Shown here piece after piece: positions 26,506 to 41,000 of a stretch of 64,000 nt of DNA. The notes beneath the pieces are model-generated. The model was not told the DNA's origin and did no database searches. It worked only from the letters and a program-made list of their open reading frames with translations. Position 1 is the first letter of the stretch, and each line of letters starts with the position of its first letter. Location of the stretch: the NCBI GenBank assembly GCA_951406725.2, contig OX597825.1, positions 75,392,001 to 75,456,000 of the forward strand. Direction: 5' to 3'. The DNA is from Octopus vulgaris (lineage: Eukaryota). The translations under genes were made by a program, and so were the position numbers.

Positions 26506-27959
26506 TAAATGAATTTAGAACGCCTTAAGTGTAGGGGAGACAAGCAGTGCTGTCTTAACGCATAAGCACACTGAACGGTTACCTAGGGACCCCCCACGAG
26601 TCTAAGAAACTTAACTCTGACCTACGTATGCTGTAGCTTTTTGTCAATGACTTTATTTGGGACCAGAGCATTGATTTGTCCGGGGGCTCATAATTCTGCT
26701 AAGATTGTCCCGGGAATAAGGGAACAGCCATCTCTCTCTCTCTTATACACATGAAGAAGTAAATTGTTCGTTTTCTCCTACCTATTTATAACTAAGATTG
26801 CAGCACGGAATTTTGTCGCGGTCTCAAAGCGACGAAAATATTTTGGCAAATTAAATTTAAATGTTAGAGTGTATCTAACGGTTTTTGTGTGTTTTAAATG
26901 GCTTATAAACACCTTCCCCGCTGCAATTATTTATAATTTCCTTTCGATCTTCGTCGATCACCTCGTTTCTTTCCCTTCTGCTATTGATATGGCTAATTGT
27001 CCTATTGTCCTGATCTCGTTTCCCGTTAACTCTTTATTAGCCCTCCTTCTGTTAGTAACATCAGAATCAGTCTTTAAATTTGTAAAACTAAGATGATTAT
27101 CAATTAATTCAACAATAAAGGATAGCTTTCTTTCGTAATCTCAATGTTTCTCATCACAAAAAGTCAAAAGGATATTAAAATTAGTTAAAATGATAATGAT
27201 CTTACTGTAAAAAGTGCTAATGAACACTATAACAGGTTGACCAACTCTGATCTAGCAGACCTGTGATCAAAGGATTTTAACCATGACTGTCTTAATTTCT
27301 ATTTTAGATTTGTATCTTTTAAGACTCTTAGGAGGTTTGGCTGCTATTTTTAGTAGGCCAAGCGACCATTCAGAGCGCCCTTGCTAGCTCGTCTCCAACT
27401 TAGTATAAAGTTGGTGGCTGCAAATGACCAAACAAACATTTGTGGAAAAAAATGTATATGTCAAAACACACCTGGTTGGATCAATTTTTTTGAGGATTTA
27501 ACAATAAATCTGAAAGCCATTCCCATTCTATTCAATAAAAAGAAGAAAAATGTCTTATTTCTCTTCCTATCAATTGATTGTGTTTTTCTTTACTTTATTT
27601 TCTTTTTAAGATGACCTCGGGGAAATGGGAGAAATCCTGTCGAGGTCAACCTTTCCTTTTATCCTTCCGGGGCCGATAAAAATGGAACACCTGTCAAGTA
27701 CTGGGTCAATGTTCTCGACTGTATTCTTCCCAAATCTAAGGCCTCGTGCCTCTACATTAGAACCTTGTGTTTCTTGTTTGTCTATCAGTTTCATTTACCT
27801 AGTCTGCTCACCCGTTTAATCGATCGTATTTCCAGTCAAGTCTGTCTTCGTCCTGTTATCATAAACTTTGTACCACAACCTCTTCAAAATTGAACGAAAC
27901 TGCTCTTAACAAATTTATAATCTCTCTGACTAGATCAAACCAACGTAGGAATTTTATCA

Positions 27960-28110
27960 AAATGACGTATATTCCACGCGGTCGTCCCCTTTTTTGACCT
28001 TGCTTCTCGAATTGTCAAAAATTAAGAACAGAGGATATTGACGTCATTTACAGTTAATAAACTAAACAGGAGGAAACTAGTATAAAAGAACCGTCGGCAG
28101 ATCTTCAGTG
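27960..28110 (+). promoter_or_regulatory. Putative perilipin core promoter: CRE, TATA box, Inr-like site
   Basis: TGACGTCA 28039-28046, TATAAAAG 28081-28088, TCAGT 28105-28109; repeat-free, CpG-retaining region; followed by donor ATTACA|GTAAGT at 28196/28197. Confidence 0.6.
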
Positions 28111-28196
28111 CCATAGCGTAATAAGTCAGACTACAGAGAAGGTGTGTTGTCTCACTAAGAAGACCTTTACCAAACTATTGAACTTGATTGATTACA
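28107..28196 (+). other. Probable non-coding first exon of the perilipin gene
   Basis: Lies between the TATA/Inr and a perfect GTAAGT donor. The first coding exon has an acceptor (ttctag|G at 33752/33753) 25 nt before its ATG, which suggests an upstream exon. Confidence 0.55.
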
Positions 28197-29548
28197 GTAA
28201 GTTTATTATGTTTGACAAGAACAGCTTTTATTTCTTCTATATTTTATGTCTATTTACAATACCTAGTTATATTAATAACTTGGTATACTTATAGTTTTGC
28301 CATCAAAACTTTGTAATTTCATTAACAGTTGGAAAGTTTGTTTTTTTTCTTTTCGTAACAAATTTAACATTAATCAAACTATTGTTAATAATTAGTTGTT
28401 TTGTTACTCTTAAGCAATATTTAATGCAGTGGGCATTAAAAGAAGCTGACTTTTAAAAAATCCCGTTTATACTAAAGTTTTAACAAATATAGACGAATAT
28501 ATAGGTGTATATTTTTATAAATACGATTTTTTTTTTCAAAATACTTTTGGCATTAAGCTTCATGTTAATTTATTTAATCTATTTATATTATTGCATCTTT
28601 ATTTACTCAAATTCCTGGATGGTATGAATTGAACTGATCTAAACACCGTTAAATATCTTGCCTCTGTCCTACCGCTTCTGTTATATGTATATATATATTT
28701 TTTTAGATATTTGCTTCTGTATGTAATTAAAAAAATAATAACATTGGGATGAAAGTAAAGAATCTGCACTCCGGTGTTTAGGGTTTTTGTTACGCAGAAA
28801 ACGGGTGGTGTACTTATTCACCTCCACCAATATTAATTTCAATTGTTAATATTAAAATAAATGTTTAACAGCCTGTAATTTCAACTCTAGGTTTCGTTGA
28901 CGTAACTTGAGTTCTACCCTCGACTTACTACGTTCGATCCCCACCGCTTCACATGAAATGTTTTTATTCCTATCAACTTCATCATTCGGGAGGTGGGAAA
29001 TTACTTCTAATTCTATATTTTCCCATATAAATAATATACTCAGAAAGTTACGAAGTTAACTGATCCAGACACACCTCCCAAATAGTTTACAAAACACACG
29101 AAACTTCAGCTTGCAAATCAATGAAAAAGTTAAACTTACTCATTTCTACGAAGTTTAAATCTATAATAATGGTCACTTTTTTTTAATTTTTAACGTGACA
29201 GCACTAACGTAAAATGCAGAAAGTTGAAATATGTTATTTTATTTTTTATTTGGTTAAAAAAGAAAAAAAACCCAGCCTGGCGCACCCAATGTTTTGCAAC
29301 TTCAAAACACTAGCCTTGTAATTTCGACAGCCGTGCCGAATTTTAGCAGCAGTTAAAATAGTCAGGCGCTTTCATCATCCTCATAATTATTAAATGCGAA
29401 TGGTTATTTCATCAGACTACGCCGAGGGCAACTTTGGAGTCGATGAAATGACTAGCAATTAAGCACTGGGGTCGATGTACTCGACTATCCTCTTCCTTTA
29501 TTACAGAAAGGATTGGTTATATTTCGGGACGGTCATTTTTTTTCTTTT

Positions 29549-29859
29549 CCCAAATAAACACACGCACTATATATTTATTCTTCACTCGTTTATTACTGTT
29601 CCTTTGTCCGGAAAGCTTTTGTCACACATCTGTGACCTCTTCAGCGACACCTTCCGCCCTTGTGTATGCTCCTGCTCCGCTAAGTCTCTCCTGCTCCTGG
29701 AGCAGGAGTTTACACGAGGACGGAAAGTGTCGCTGAAGAGGTCACAGATGTGTGACGAAAGATTTCCGGACAAAGGACATCAGTTAAAATAAGAACAGGA
29801 ATAAACGAATGAAGAACGAATATAGTGCGTGTGCTTTATTTTACTTTTTTTGTTTGGGA
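29549..29859. repeat. Long inverted repeat containing two opposed hammerhead motifs
   Basis: Arms ~29552-29680 and ~29699-29841 are reverse complements of each other, with indels. Confidence 0.85.
29728..29772 (+). ncRNA. Minimal type I hammerhead motif (antisense twin at 29605-29649)
   Basis: TGTCG-CTGAAGA-gGTCACA gatg TGTGAC-GAAA-GATT-TC-CGGACA; the twin reads ..AAAA-GCTT-TC.., implying an ancestral palindrome GAAAGCTTTC. Confidence 0.6.
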
Positions 29860-30479
29860 GCGGGGGGGGGGAACAATTATAATGCAACTACTATATTGAA
29901 AGTTGTTTTAGAATCCGTTTGCCGTCTCGTATGTATAATATAGAGAAAAAGTTAACAGGTTTTATCAAATGTTTTACTTTTGAAGGTGGGTCCAGTGGGT
30001 TGTGAATTCTAATTTCAATAGCAGATATATCGACGGCGTCTTTTAACATACAACTTATGAAAGTTAACCAATTCAGGAATTTTTTTTTCTTTTTTTCTCA
30101 TATTCGTTTAGAGCAAGTTGTTTTCTCATATTCGTTTAGAGCAAGTTGTTTTACACCTATTACACTATTTTTCTTTTGTTTCTTGGCTCTGGTGAGGCGA
30201 CTCGGAACATTCACGATGTGAATTTTCCGAGGCCTCTCCCCCACCCACCCCTTTCACGAGCGCGCATTTTTTTTTCCTTTTTTAGTATTCATTTAGAGGA
30301 AGTTGTTTTACACCTATTACACTATTTTTCTTTTTTTTTGGCTCGGGTCAAATGCTTTAGTTTAACCGAATTTTTTTTCTAACCCGTTGTTTCAATATTT
30401 CTTTATTGTCCTGTATGCGGGTCCGCCCGTCCCTCCCTCCCTCCTACTTGTCCGATAGAGGGTAGTTCTTCGACTTAGC

Positions 30480-30724
30480 CAGTGGTTCTCAAACTCTTTC
30501 AGGTTGGCCACCCAGGCCACATTTCCGGCACACCCTCCACCCACGCACCTCTACAAACACGGACCACTTTCTCCAGCAAATTCAAAACCACTGTATTCCA
30601 CAAAACAACCTAATTTACACATTTTGTTGTTTTTACATCTATCGCTCCACTTTTAACTGCCTTCATCCCTGGATCTTTCTACCGATCTCAAGGGGGTCCG
30701 CCCTGCCGACTTTGGGAACCACTG
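30480..30724. mobile_element. Degenerate hAT (Charlie/MER5-like) MITE
   Basis: Termini CAGTGGTTCTCAAA...TTTGGGAACCACTG; TSD not clean. Confidence 0.55.
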
Positions 30725-31439
30725 CACTATATAAACCTTTTTAAGGTGGTGTCCCAGCATATCCACAATTTAATGACTGAAACCAGTGAAAGATACTTTA
30801 AAGAAATGGCCCCAACCTTTCGGACAGCAAGCGCCTGAGATAATTATATGAAGGACATAAATTAACATTGATTTATTAAATTAACATAAATTAAATTAAC
30901 ATAAATTAACATTGAAAGGAAAAACTTCCTATGAGATATTTGCACCATTATGATTGCTATCGAATGTGCCATAAGTTTTTCTCGCATCGTTTGGATTAAT
31001 TAAATGATTTAAATGTGCTGCGTAATGAGCCATCTCTTTGTGCATTCTTATAGAATGAGAAAGCATTTGGTGTTCCCCACAAAAAAGCGTAATTCTTTGG
31101 AACGTGTTTGTTTTAAATAGCGTTGATTACAATGTAGAGAGCGGTTTTGTCACCCCCAACTTTTTTGCAATTCTTCAGTTTTGACTTAACGAAAAATTTC
31201 AGATTTACTTTGAGCATGCTTTTGAAGAATCCTCGCTTTAGATGCTTAAAACATGAATCTGAAAATATTTTCAAAAGTCAAAATTATTGGGGTGGGGTGA
31301 GGAACAAACTCTCCCATCAACCCTTGTGATTTTTTTTTTTTTTTTTTTTTTTTTTGCTCGATCGTAATCTACTCTTGAAATTACTAATCCGTAAAAAAGA
31401 AAAAAGGTGTTGGCACCCCAGATGATTTCTGTTCTTGTA

Positions 31440-31794
31440 TTCTTTTACTCGTTTCTGTCATTTGACTGCGGATATGCTGGAGCACCGCCTTTAGTTGAGC
31501 AAATTGACCCCTGGACTTGTTCTTTGTAAACCTAGTACTTAGCGGTTCGGCAAAGGGACCGATAAACTGTTACGGGGACGTAAACACACTAGCATCAGTT
31601 GTCAAGCTATGCTGAGGGAACACACACACACGATGGTCTTCTTTCAGTTTCCGTCTGCCTAATCCACCCACAAGGCTTTGGTTAGCCCGAGGCTATAGCA
31701 GAAGACACTTACCCAAGGTGCCACACAGTGGAACTGAACCCGAAACCACGTTGTTGGTAAGCAAGCTTCTTACCACACACCCACTCCTGCGCCT
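31440..31794 (-). mobile_element. SINE family A
   Basis: Reverse complement of the family A head and tail. Confidence 0.75.
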
Positions 31795-33777
31795 GAACAT
31801 TTATAATTTTTTCCTTTTCTCGCTCCTCGCCTTTTTTTTTTTTTTTTCTTCTTTTCTTTAAATAAAATGTGTCAAAGTTTGGAGAGGAGATTGTCTGTGC
31901 GAGTAGGATTGACTGTGAGAACTACAACGGAAACAACATCCACTCTCAGTTGTTTCAAAATGTCATGTTTTGACATGAAATCTCACTCTAGTCCAACTAC
32001 AAAGTATTTAGACTGTTGTTGTTAATATATTCTCCATATTTTGACAATCTTTACCTTTTTTTTTTTTTTTTTTAACAGATCAGGGCAAGACTTCGCCCCC
32101 TCCCCTCAACCACTCTACTTTAAACATTTTTTCAACACCACCACCCTCTTTTTGGCTACGGGGAATACGAACCTGCAAAAAAATTTGGCAAAAGTCGGCA
32201 CTTTTAAATTACCACCCCCAACCCGAATTACCTTTTTTTTGTTTTAAACTTTTTTCAGTTTTTTTTTTTTTTTTCTCAATATGTGGGAAAATACGGAGAT
32301 TATGATTCTGAAAAAAAAAAATTGGGGAGAAAATGGGGAGTGGGGGACGGGCGGAAATCTTTACCAGATCAGTTTTAATTTGTTTCTTATTCGAAACATA
32401 CAAAAAAAAAAAAAAATCAAAACCTAAAAGTAACTATAATCTCTGAAGGAAACTAATTTTAGGTTATCTTGTCATTCGACTGTGGCCATGCTGGGGCACT
32501 AACTTCACTTTTAGTCGAATGAATCGACCCCCAGTGCTTTATTTTATTTTTTTTTTTTGTAAAGCCTTGTCCTTATTCTAGCGATCCCGTTTGCCGATCA
32601 AAGTTATGGGGATGTAAACCTACCAACACTGGTTGCCAAGCGGTGGTGACCACACACACAGAGGGTTTCTTTCAGTTTCCATCTCCCAAATTCACTCACA
32701 AGGCTTTTGTTAGTCTGAGGCTATAGCAGAAGACACTTGCCCTGGGTGTCACACCGTAGGAATGAACCATGTGATTGGGGGTGGGGAGCTTATCACAGTC
32801 ACACTTTTTTTTTTTTTTTTTTTTTTTTTTTGTCTGAAGTGAAACATTTTTGACCATTTTTATTCAATACTAATTTCTTCCTTCGGATGTACGTATTATA
32901 TTCTTTCTTTTATATACGCACATATATTTATTCTATCGGTACGTCCGTTGTTGCCGACGATGACCAAGGATATCGCATGGGAGAAGACGAGACACAGTGT
33001 GTTCCAACTGTGACCAACCAGTTTGATGTGTGCTCGATGGTTCGGCCGCAGGTCGGACGGACAAACGCATGTGCGAACCCACACATTATCCATTCGCAAC
33101 ACTTTGTTTGGCCTGAGTTTATTGCAGTAGACATTTATCTAAGGTACCACATCGTGGGACCGAACACGCTTCTCTATGGTGGGGAAGCGACCTTGTTAAC
33201 AACATAGCCACGCTGCACTTATTTTGAAATGGTGGTTTTGAGATACTTTTACTAGTTAGTTTAAGAAAGGACACACCGTGCCAGCAAGAGGTAATGATAG
33301 GTTTCTCCCTATATTTCTGACTTTTTATTAATGTATTTTATTTTAATGATCATTATTTGTCACTCACGTCACTGAGATTATAGTGTATGTGAAGTGTTAT
33401 TATCGTTTTGCTGTAATCTAGCTGCGAGAGATATCTCGTTTGTGAAGCAAGCGTTCCCTTTCCATCACACACAGCTATTATTACAAAGTTATGCCTACTA
33501 TTCCCATACTAGCAATTTACTAAACACGTTTACACGCAATTACACAATACACAGAACAAAATGTAATCATTGTTATTAAACGAAAGTTAAATCCTTTAGA
33601 AAGTGAAAATTAATTGTCAGAGGATTAAATAACCTTCCAGGGCTATACAGGTGTTCCATATATACTTCAATCGTTGATGGTTAATCTTGACCTTTTATTT
33701 AATTTTTTTTTATGTAACTTCGTTTTTTTAACGTTTACTTTATTTATTCTAGGACTTTTAATCAGCAAAGATCTAAC

Positions 33778-34861
33778 ATGGAACACGAGCAAAGCAACAA
33801 CGAAGAGACACAAGTCCAGTTCGTGAAGCGTTTTTCTTCAATCCCAGTCATTGAAAGTACATGGACTCAACTATCTGCATATTATAACAAAGCCAAGGAG
33901 TACAACACATTGGTGAAGTATGCCTTTGATAAAGCTGAAAGTGGAGCAAAAACTGTTCTGAATACTGCTCAACCAGTTCTGGATAAATATCAACCTCAGA
34001 GTAAGTTTGTATTTTATATTGCTGACTATGAAAATTATATAGTAATGTGGCAAACTGAACAGGGAATAATTTAATGCTTTATGGTGAATCCTCATACCTG
34101 CTATGTTAGGAAACTTGACTAAGATTCACTGGTTTCTTTACATAAGCATTACACTGTGTACTAAACAAAAAACGTGACTTTCAATAAAATGGTTTAAAAC
34201 TAGGTCCTGTATGAAGGAATATGTCTGTGGGGCCTGGGAAAATTGTGGTGGTGGTAGTGCTGGGATTCAAATTTTTTTTTATAGTGGTAGATGGAATTGT
34301 GAAAATGGTTGTCAGCGTACTTATTCATACTTAGTACAAAGTTACTGGTAGATGATTTTGTATTAAATAATTGTGATAGAATATTTAAACTTAAGTTGGT
34401 TTTTTTCCAACTACCAGTGGGACCTGGGGTGGGTGGAAATATGTTGGGGAAACCTTGCTCTGATGTAAGGTAAGTGGGGTTCTATGTGATTTCTAATTGT
34501 TTTGTATATTTGCAAGGCTGTGTGATTAAGGTTGCCTCTAGGCCCTATGGTTTTAGGTTTAGTCCCACTATAAATAGGTTCCAGCAATAACAGCCCAGGG
34601 CTGAACAAAACCTTGTCAGTGGATTTTTTTTTTTTTTAAATACATATTCAGCTGTTTTTAAGCTGCATTCTCCTTCCTCTTTTACTCGTTTTAGTAATTT
34701 GACTGTGGCCATGCTGGAGCACCGCCTTTAGTCGAACAAATCGACCCTAGGACTTATTCTTTGTAAGCCTAGTACTTATTTACGGTCTCTTTTGCCGAAC
34801 TGCTAAGTTATGGGGATGTAAACACACCAGCATCGGTTGTCAAGTGATGTTGGGGGAACAT

Positions 34862-34910
<49 letters not shown>

Positions 34911-34947
34911 TATACACATACACACATACACACATATACACATACAT

Positions 34948-35027
<80 letters not shown>

Positions 35028-38000
35028 TATACACGACGGGCTTCTTTTAGTTTCCGTATACCAAATCGACTCAAGGCTTTGGTCAGCCCAAGGTGCCACC
35101 CAGTGGGACTGAACCCGGAACCATGTGGCTGGTAAGCAATCTACTTGCCACACAGCTACTCCTGTGCCTGTTAATAACCGTTATGCTTTTTAAGCTGGAT
35201 GCTGTTATCTCAAAGGACTTTTTATTCTATGCAGTTTTGAAAGTGCAAAGCTATCAGATGACTTGTCAACAATGTTTTATGTATGTAACAGCTGTGAGGT
35301 TAAGAACTTCACTTTCTGTTTCCGGGTTCAGTCTTGTTCTACAGCATATAGGACAAATGACTGCTATTATAACTCTGGTCCAACCAAAGCTTTGTGAGTG
35401 AAAACTGAAAGAAGCTTCTCATGAGTGTGATATATGTATATAATGTTCCAATTACCAGACTAGGTGGTGTATTGTCCTCCACCATTGCTGGCTACTGCTG
35501 TTGGTGTGTTTGACCCCGTAACCTAGCAGTTTGGTAAAAGAGACTGGATAAGTATCAGTCTGGGATCAATTCATTTGATTGAAAATTCAAAGCGAAGCAC
35601 TACCTGATCTGGATTCTCACCTGTTCTACAATGTCATTCTAAAAATATATACAGTCACACCATCAAAACTTTGAAGCTATCGGATAATGTATGATTAATT
35701 CAAAAACGGTGTATATAACCAACACATTTGACAAAATAATCTGAATGCCGAAAGGTTAACCTCTGCACAGTTTTGATACTGGTTTTATTTGTTCTTTCAG
35801 TTAATGCTGCTGATAACTTTGCATGCAACCAACTTGATAAACTGGAAGAGAAGTGTCCTGCCATCAAAAAGACTCCTCAGCAAGTAAGTTGATCATTGTT
35901 TGAATGTGTTGCGTGGACGCCCCCAGACGATGGAGTAGGCTAGCCCAATACAAAGATATAGAGGGAGAAGCCTAGACGTCGAGGTCAGAGTAGCAGTCGA
36001 AGTATCTAGAACAGAGCAGTGTCAAGTTGAGTAGTAGAGGCATCCGAACGTGCGACATAACAGAATGATGAAAAGCTTCCTTTGCAATCATGAAGGCCAA
36101 GGTTCAAGCCTCCTGTGCATCACACTGGAATACTTTCAAGTTTACTGAATCTTGAGTAAAAGTAGAAGAAACTGTAGAAGCCATTCACGAGAACTGTACA
36201 TAGGCTTTGTCACTGTCCTGCTGATTCTACTTGAGGATTACATTAACATAAGTATCTGGAATACTCAGCCAGCTATATACTATGTTGTTCAGTTGGTTGA
36301 ACAACTAGAACATCTACATTTTTATCGCCTATTTTACCATTCTTACATTGTGGAGGCATGTGGCTTAGTGGATAGGGTTTTGCTAAATACTGGGTTTGTG
36401 AGGGATTAAACCCTTGAAAAGGTGGTGCTCCAGCATGGTCACAGATTAGTGGCTGAAACCAGTATAAGAATTTTTTTTCTATCATTTTGTTTTAATAAAA
36501 CTTTCATCAGATGTGAGAAGAATTTTTTATTATATATAATGCTATTATGTTATGTTATATTTTAACAGATTGTCACTGACAGCAAAGAGATGTGCTCCAA
36601 TCTAGTGCAGCCTGCAGTTGATAAGGTAAAGTCAGTTTAGCCAAATCTTCCATAAGTCTTAATAATAGAATTTTGCTTTCTAAGTCTGAATTTTTCTTAT
36701 AGTATTGGTTGAACATCTATTGATTAAATTCATATTGCTAATTAACCCTTTTGATATCAACCTATCTGAGACAGTACTTGATGTCTACAAATATCCTTGT
36801 TTTAACCCTTTAGCATTCAGAATACTCTGTGAAATGTAATGCTTAATTTATTTACAATGGTTTGAATTCATTGTACATTATCTTGTGGCTTTGGGAACTC
36901 CATGTGATTATTTTTTTTTCGAATGACATTGTAGGGTAGGTGTGAGAGGTCAAATCTGTTTAGTTTGAACATAAAACAGAATGTTTTAGCTGGTTTAAAT
37001 GCTAAAGGGTTAAAATGGTCTAAAACTTTCTTTGAAAATATAAAATTTTGTTCCAAACATCACATGTAAAATTTAACCTGAATATATGAATGAAAACCAT
37101 TTAATGATAAAAAAATATAGCTAAAACGTAGCAATAACACCTATAAGAAAAAATTGTAATTTGCTGATTTTTTTTTGATTTTTTTTTTTTTAATCTTTAA
37201 TTTTGAATATTTTAAAGGTCAATGCTGTGAAACAATTTGGGGACACAACTGTGGACAACATCAAGTATTTCAGTTCTTTGGAAAACAGCAAGGAATATGG
37301 CATTAAACAGGTGCTTCGTGCTTCCAACTACACTTACAGCCAGCTGCAGTGGCTGCTTCAAACTGATTATGGTCAGCAACTGTTGCACCAGGTGGAGGTT
37401 TATTTAACCTATTCTGAAGATGCTCTTGATAAATATCTGCCTGTTGTTGACGGTTCTGAGGAACCAGGCAAAGGTAACCACAAAAAGCATACATTATATT
37501 AATTAAATTATGCAAGCTGTACAAAAGTGAAATCTTGTGTTCATTGGATTAAAATTATGGGTTTCTCTTCCATCTGCTCATCTCGTTATAAAACTTAGCA
37601 AATACACTTAATCATAGCTGTGTCAGTTAAAGCCATGTTAAATACTATGGAATCTGGTGAAGACTTCAAGAATGGGTACCAGATCACTTGGCCATGTCAC
37701 TGAACTAGACTGGTGTCTTGTCCATGGGTGATTTTTCTTGTCTCGCACCATGACTCTAGAGACCTTTCCTCAATTTATAGTCCAAGTATTTTCCATCCTG
37801 GCATGGGTTGGATGGTTTGACAGGAGCTGGTGAGGCTAGGAGCCACACCAGGCTCCATTGTCTGTTTTGGCTTGGTGTTAAGTGATGAAATGTGGGTGAG
37901 GGGAAGGTCCCTTGTAGAGATCCTTGTAAAGCTTTCGTTTAACCCTTAGATATAGCAGTAAAATGTCTTCATTGTTTTAACATTCACTTTCCCATGCTTG

Positions 38001-41000
38001 TGTGGGTCAGGAGTTTATTAAAGCTGATTTTCTTTGGCCAGATGCTTGCCTTGCCAATCCCCACCTGTTTCCAAGCAAGGTAATATTTCCCTTAGGTTGA
38101 ACACTGTCTTCATGGAAGATAAATGCCACCAGCTGTATAACAGCAATGTCAAGACATGGTGGCACCTGCACACACTAGCGTGCCACTGGCTTCTTTCAGT
38201 TTCCATCTACCAAATCCACTCACTAGGTTTTGTTTAATTTGGGTCTATAATAGGAGACACTTGCTGAAGGTGCCATGCAGTAGAACCAAATCTCAGACCA
38301 TGTACAACCCTGGACTTGCAAACGGGTGAGAGCTGACCAAATAAAATCTGCCTCAAGTTTCATCTGACCCATGCAGACATTGAAAAGTGCATGTTAAAAC
38401 TGACATTGATGGAAAGATATGCTCGTCTTCTCTCAAAACTTTTAAAGAAATAGGTTTCCTTGGCAACACAGTTGCTGTAAAAGAATTCCTTAGGTCTCTG
38501 TCTGAAATTGTTTTCAATCTGCAGGGGCTGGAAACTTTGACTTAAACACAGTCAAGACTCTTAATTTTCCCACTTACTTATTCTGTTTTTTTTCCACTGC
38601 TCCTATTTCATTAGTTATATGATGATTCTTTGTGTCTCCAGAACTGGAAACCTCTAAAGAAGCCTCCTTAGCTCGTGTTGGCAACATTTCTCTGAAGCTC
38701 AAGAAACGTGTCTATGCAAAAGCAATGAAAGAATTGGAAAGTGCACAGGCTCATTCCAAGGAAGCCCTGAACAAATTAATTGCATCTTATGCTCTTGTAA
38801 GTATTTCTCTTTATGGTTAATTTCATTAGTAATATTCATTTCTAGCATTTAAACTGGCTGTATCTGGCCAAATATTCTACTAGTTCAAAGTGGCTAGATC
38901 TGGCCTGCCATATCTTCCCTACAATGTCATTCTGAAAATACACAATCACATTGAAATCTCGGACAATGCATAATTAAATCAAAACAATGTGAACAAACTA
39001 GTATTACATTTGACAGAATAATCTGAATGCTAAGGGATTAATATCCAGAATAGTTATCTGATCATCTAGGTATGCTACTTCAGTAAACTATTGCCCTGTA
39101 CCAGGGAAAATTTCTTCACTCCATGTGGCTTTATATTTGATAGCGTTTCCTTGGAGAGAAATGACATAAAGCTGCTGCTTAAGTCGAAGATGGAGCAGTG
39201 AAATGTGTTCAAGATAAACAGCACCAGACAATGCATTATCACAGCAATCCCTAAAGACCTACTCCGTATACAGTTAGTAGGACTGGAACCTGAAATTATT
39301 TGTCCAGAATAAAGTCTGGGTTGCAAATGTAAATTCTTACAAAATTGGTCTTTTGTCCAAGAATGAATGAATATTGTGGGTGTATGCACTAGGCACTCAA
39401 CTGTTTGGATTCTTTTGTCATGGTTCCTCCTAGATTGTGAATAATTCCCACAGCAGTATGGATATAACACATTCTTCTGGAATATGTTTGAAGCCTTGTA
39501 ATAATGGAAGATGTATAAAAGGGGTAGTTAATTCATTGAGGGTAAAATTTGGTACCCTATTTAACATGTCTTGATACCAACCCACTCAAGACTCTTTGAT
39601 ACCACCATACTCAAAACTGATCCTGATTCTATAGTACAAACTTACTAGTTAAAGTGATCTACATTGTGACTTTGCATTGAAATTTTGTGTTCATTTGTTC
39701 CAAATATCAGCTTAACCCTTTTAATATCTATTTCTTTACAACCCACAAGGGGCTAAACATAGAGGGGACAAACAAGGACATAGGTATTAAATCGATTACA
39801 TCAACCCCAGTGCGTAACTGGTACTTAATTTATCGACCCCGAAAGGATGAAAGGCAAAGTCGACCTCAGCGGAATTTGAACTCAGAACGTAACGGCAGAC
39901 GAAATACCACTAAGCATTTCGCCCGGCATGCTAACGTTTCTGCCAGCTCGCCGCCTTATTAACCCTTTTAATACCAACCTCTCTCAGACTGCCTCTAATT
40001 CTAGGATATAAACTTCTTGTTTAAAAGTGATTTCTAAATAAAATCTTCCAAATCAAAATTTTATGTTCCAAACTTCAGCTTAATAATGAGTTACTTTACT
40101 AAATACTTAATTTTCTCAGTTAATTTTGAAAATAATGAAATATATTTTAACAGAAATATGGTAATCATTTTAGTAAATTCTTTTCAAAATTAAAACAAAT
40201 GGAACATTTCAACACAAACGTGGTTTAAAAAAAACTGTAAAAGCAAAACGTTTGCAGGAATTTTGTTATATTAAAAAAATGAAGATTTAAAGTAGATAAA
40301 TATATAAAGCATCTGGTTCTTTTCAATAACATTTAGTCAAAGACACTGGTCTGATATCATTTATCTGCATGGCACTGCCATTTTAGTTTTGATTTAAACT
40401 GATAAAATTAAATACTTGCTTTTTTAACTGCATAATTTATTGTACAAAATAATTTTTATTAAACCCCTATCAAATTCTTTTGAAAATTAATTAAAATGGG
40501 CAGTTTTTTCTTGTTAGAAAATAGTATAAAGTTGTTTGTAGAAGTTATCAGACATTTTAAATTGATTTGCAGATAGAGACATTGCAACAGAATATTGGTT
40601 CTTCTCAAGAAAAGATCCAAAATGTTAAGGAAAAAGTTATGGCAACATGGAAGGAAGTCATGAGTGAAGAAGACCCATATGCAGGAAAATCCTTTAATGA
40701 AAAAACTGTAAGCATATTCCTACATTTTCAGGCACCTATATCTTGACTAATTAGAGTATTTTTGTAATAATAATAATAAAAAAAAAAGTTTGATATGGAA
40801 TTTGTCGAAAGTAATCTATCATAATGATTTTCGTTTCTGTTATTCAAATGGAATACAAAACTGGAACTAATTTAGTGTTTAGTCTTGTCCCAGAGAAGGC
40901 TAACACAATTGTCCACATTGTTCAAGACTGTTATTCTAAATATTACCAAGTGACTTTGTACAAACTTATGATACTCCATGGGCTCAGACAGTTTTTAAGT

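Noticed and set aside
35907-36057. GC-rich TG...CA segment resembling a solo LTR
   Set aside because: No TSD and no second copy in the window.
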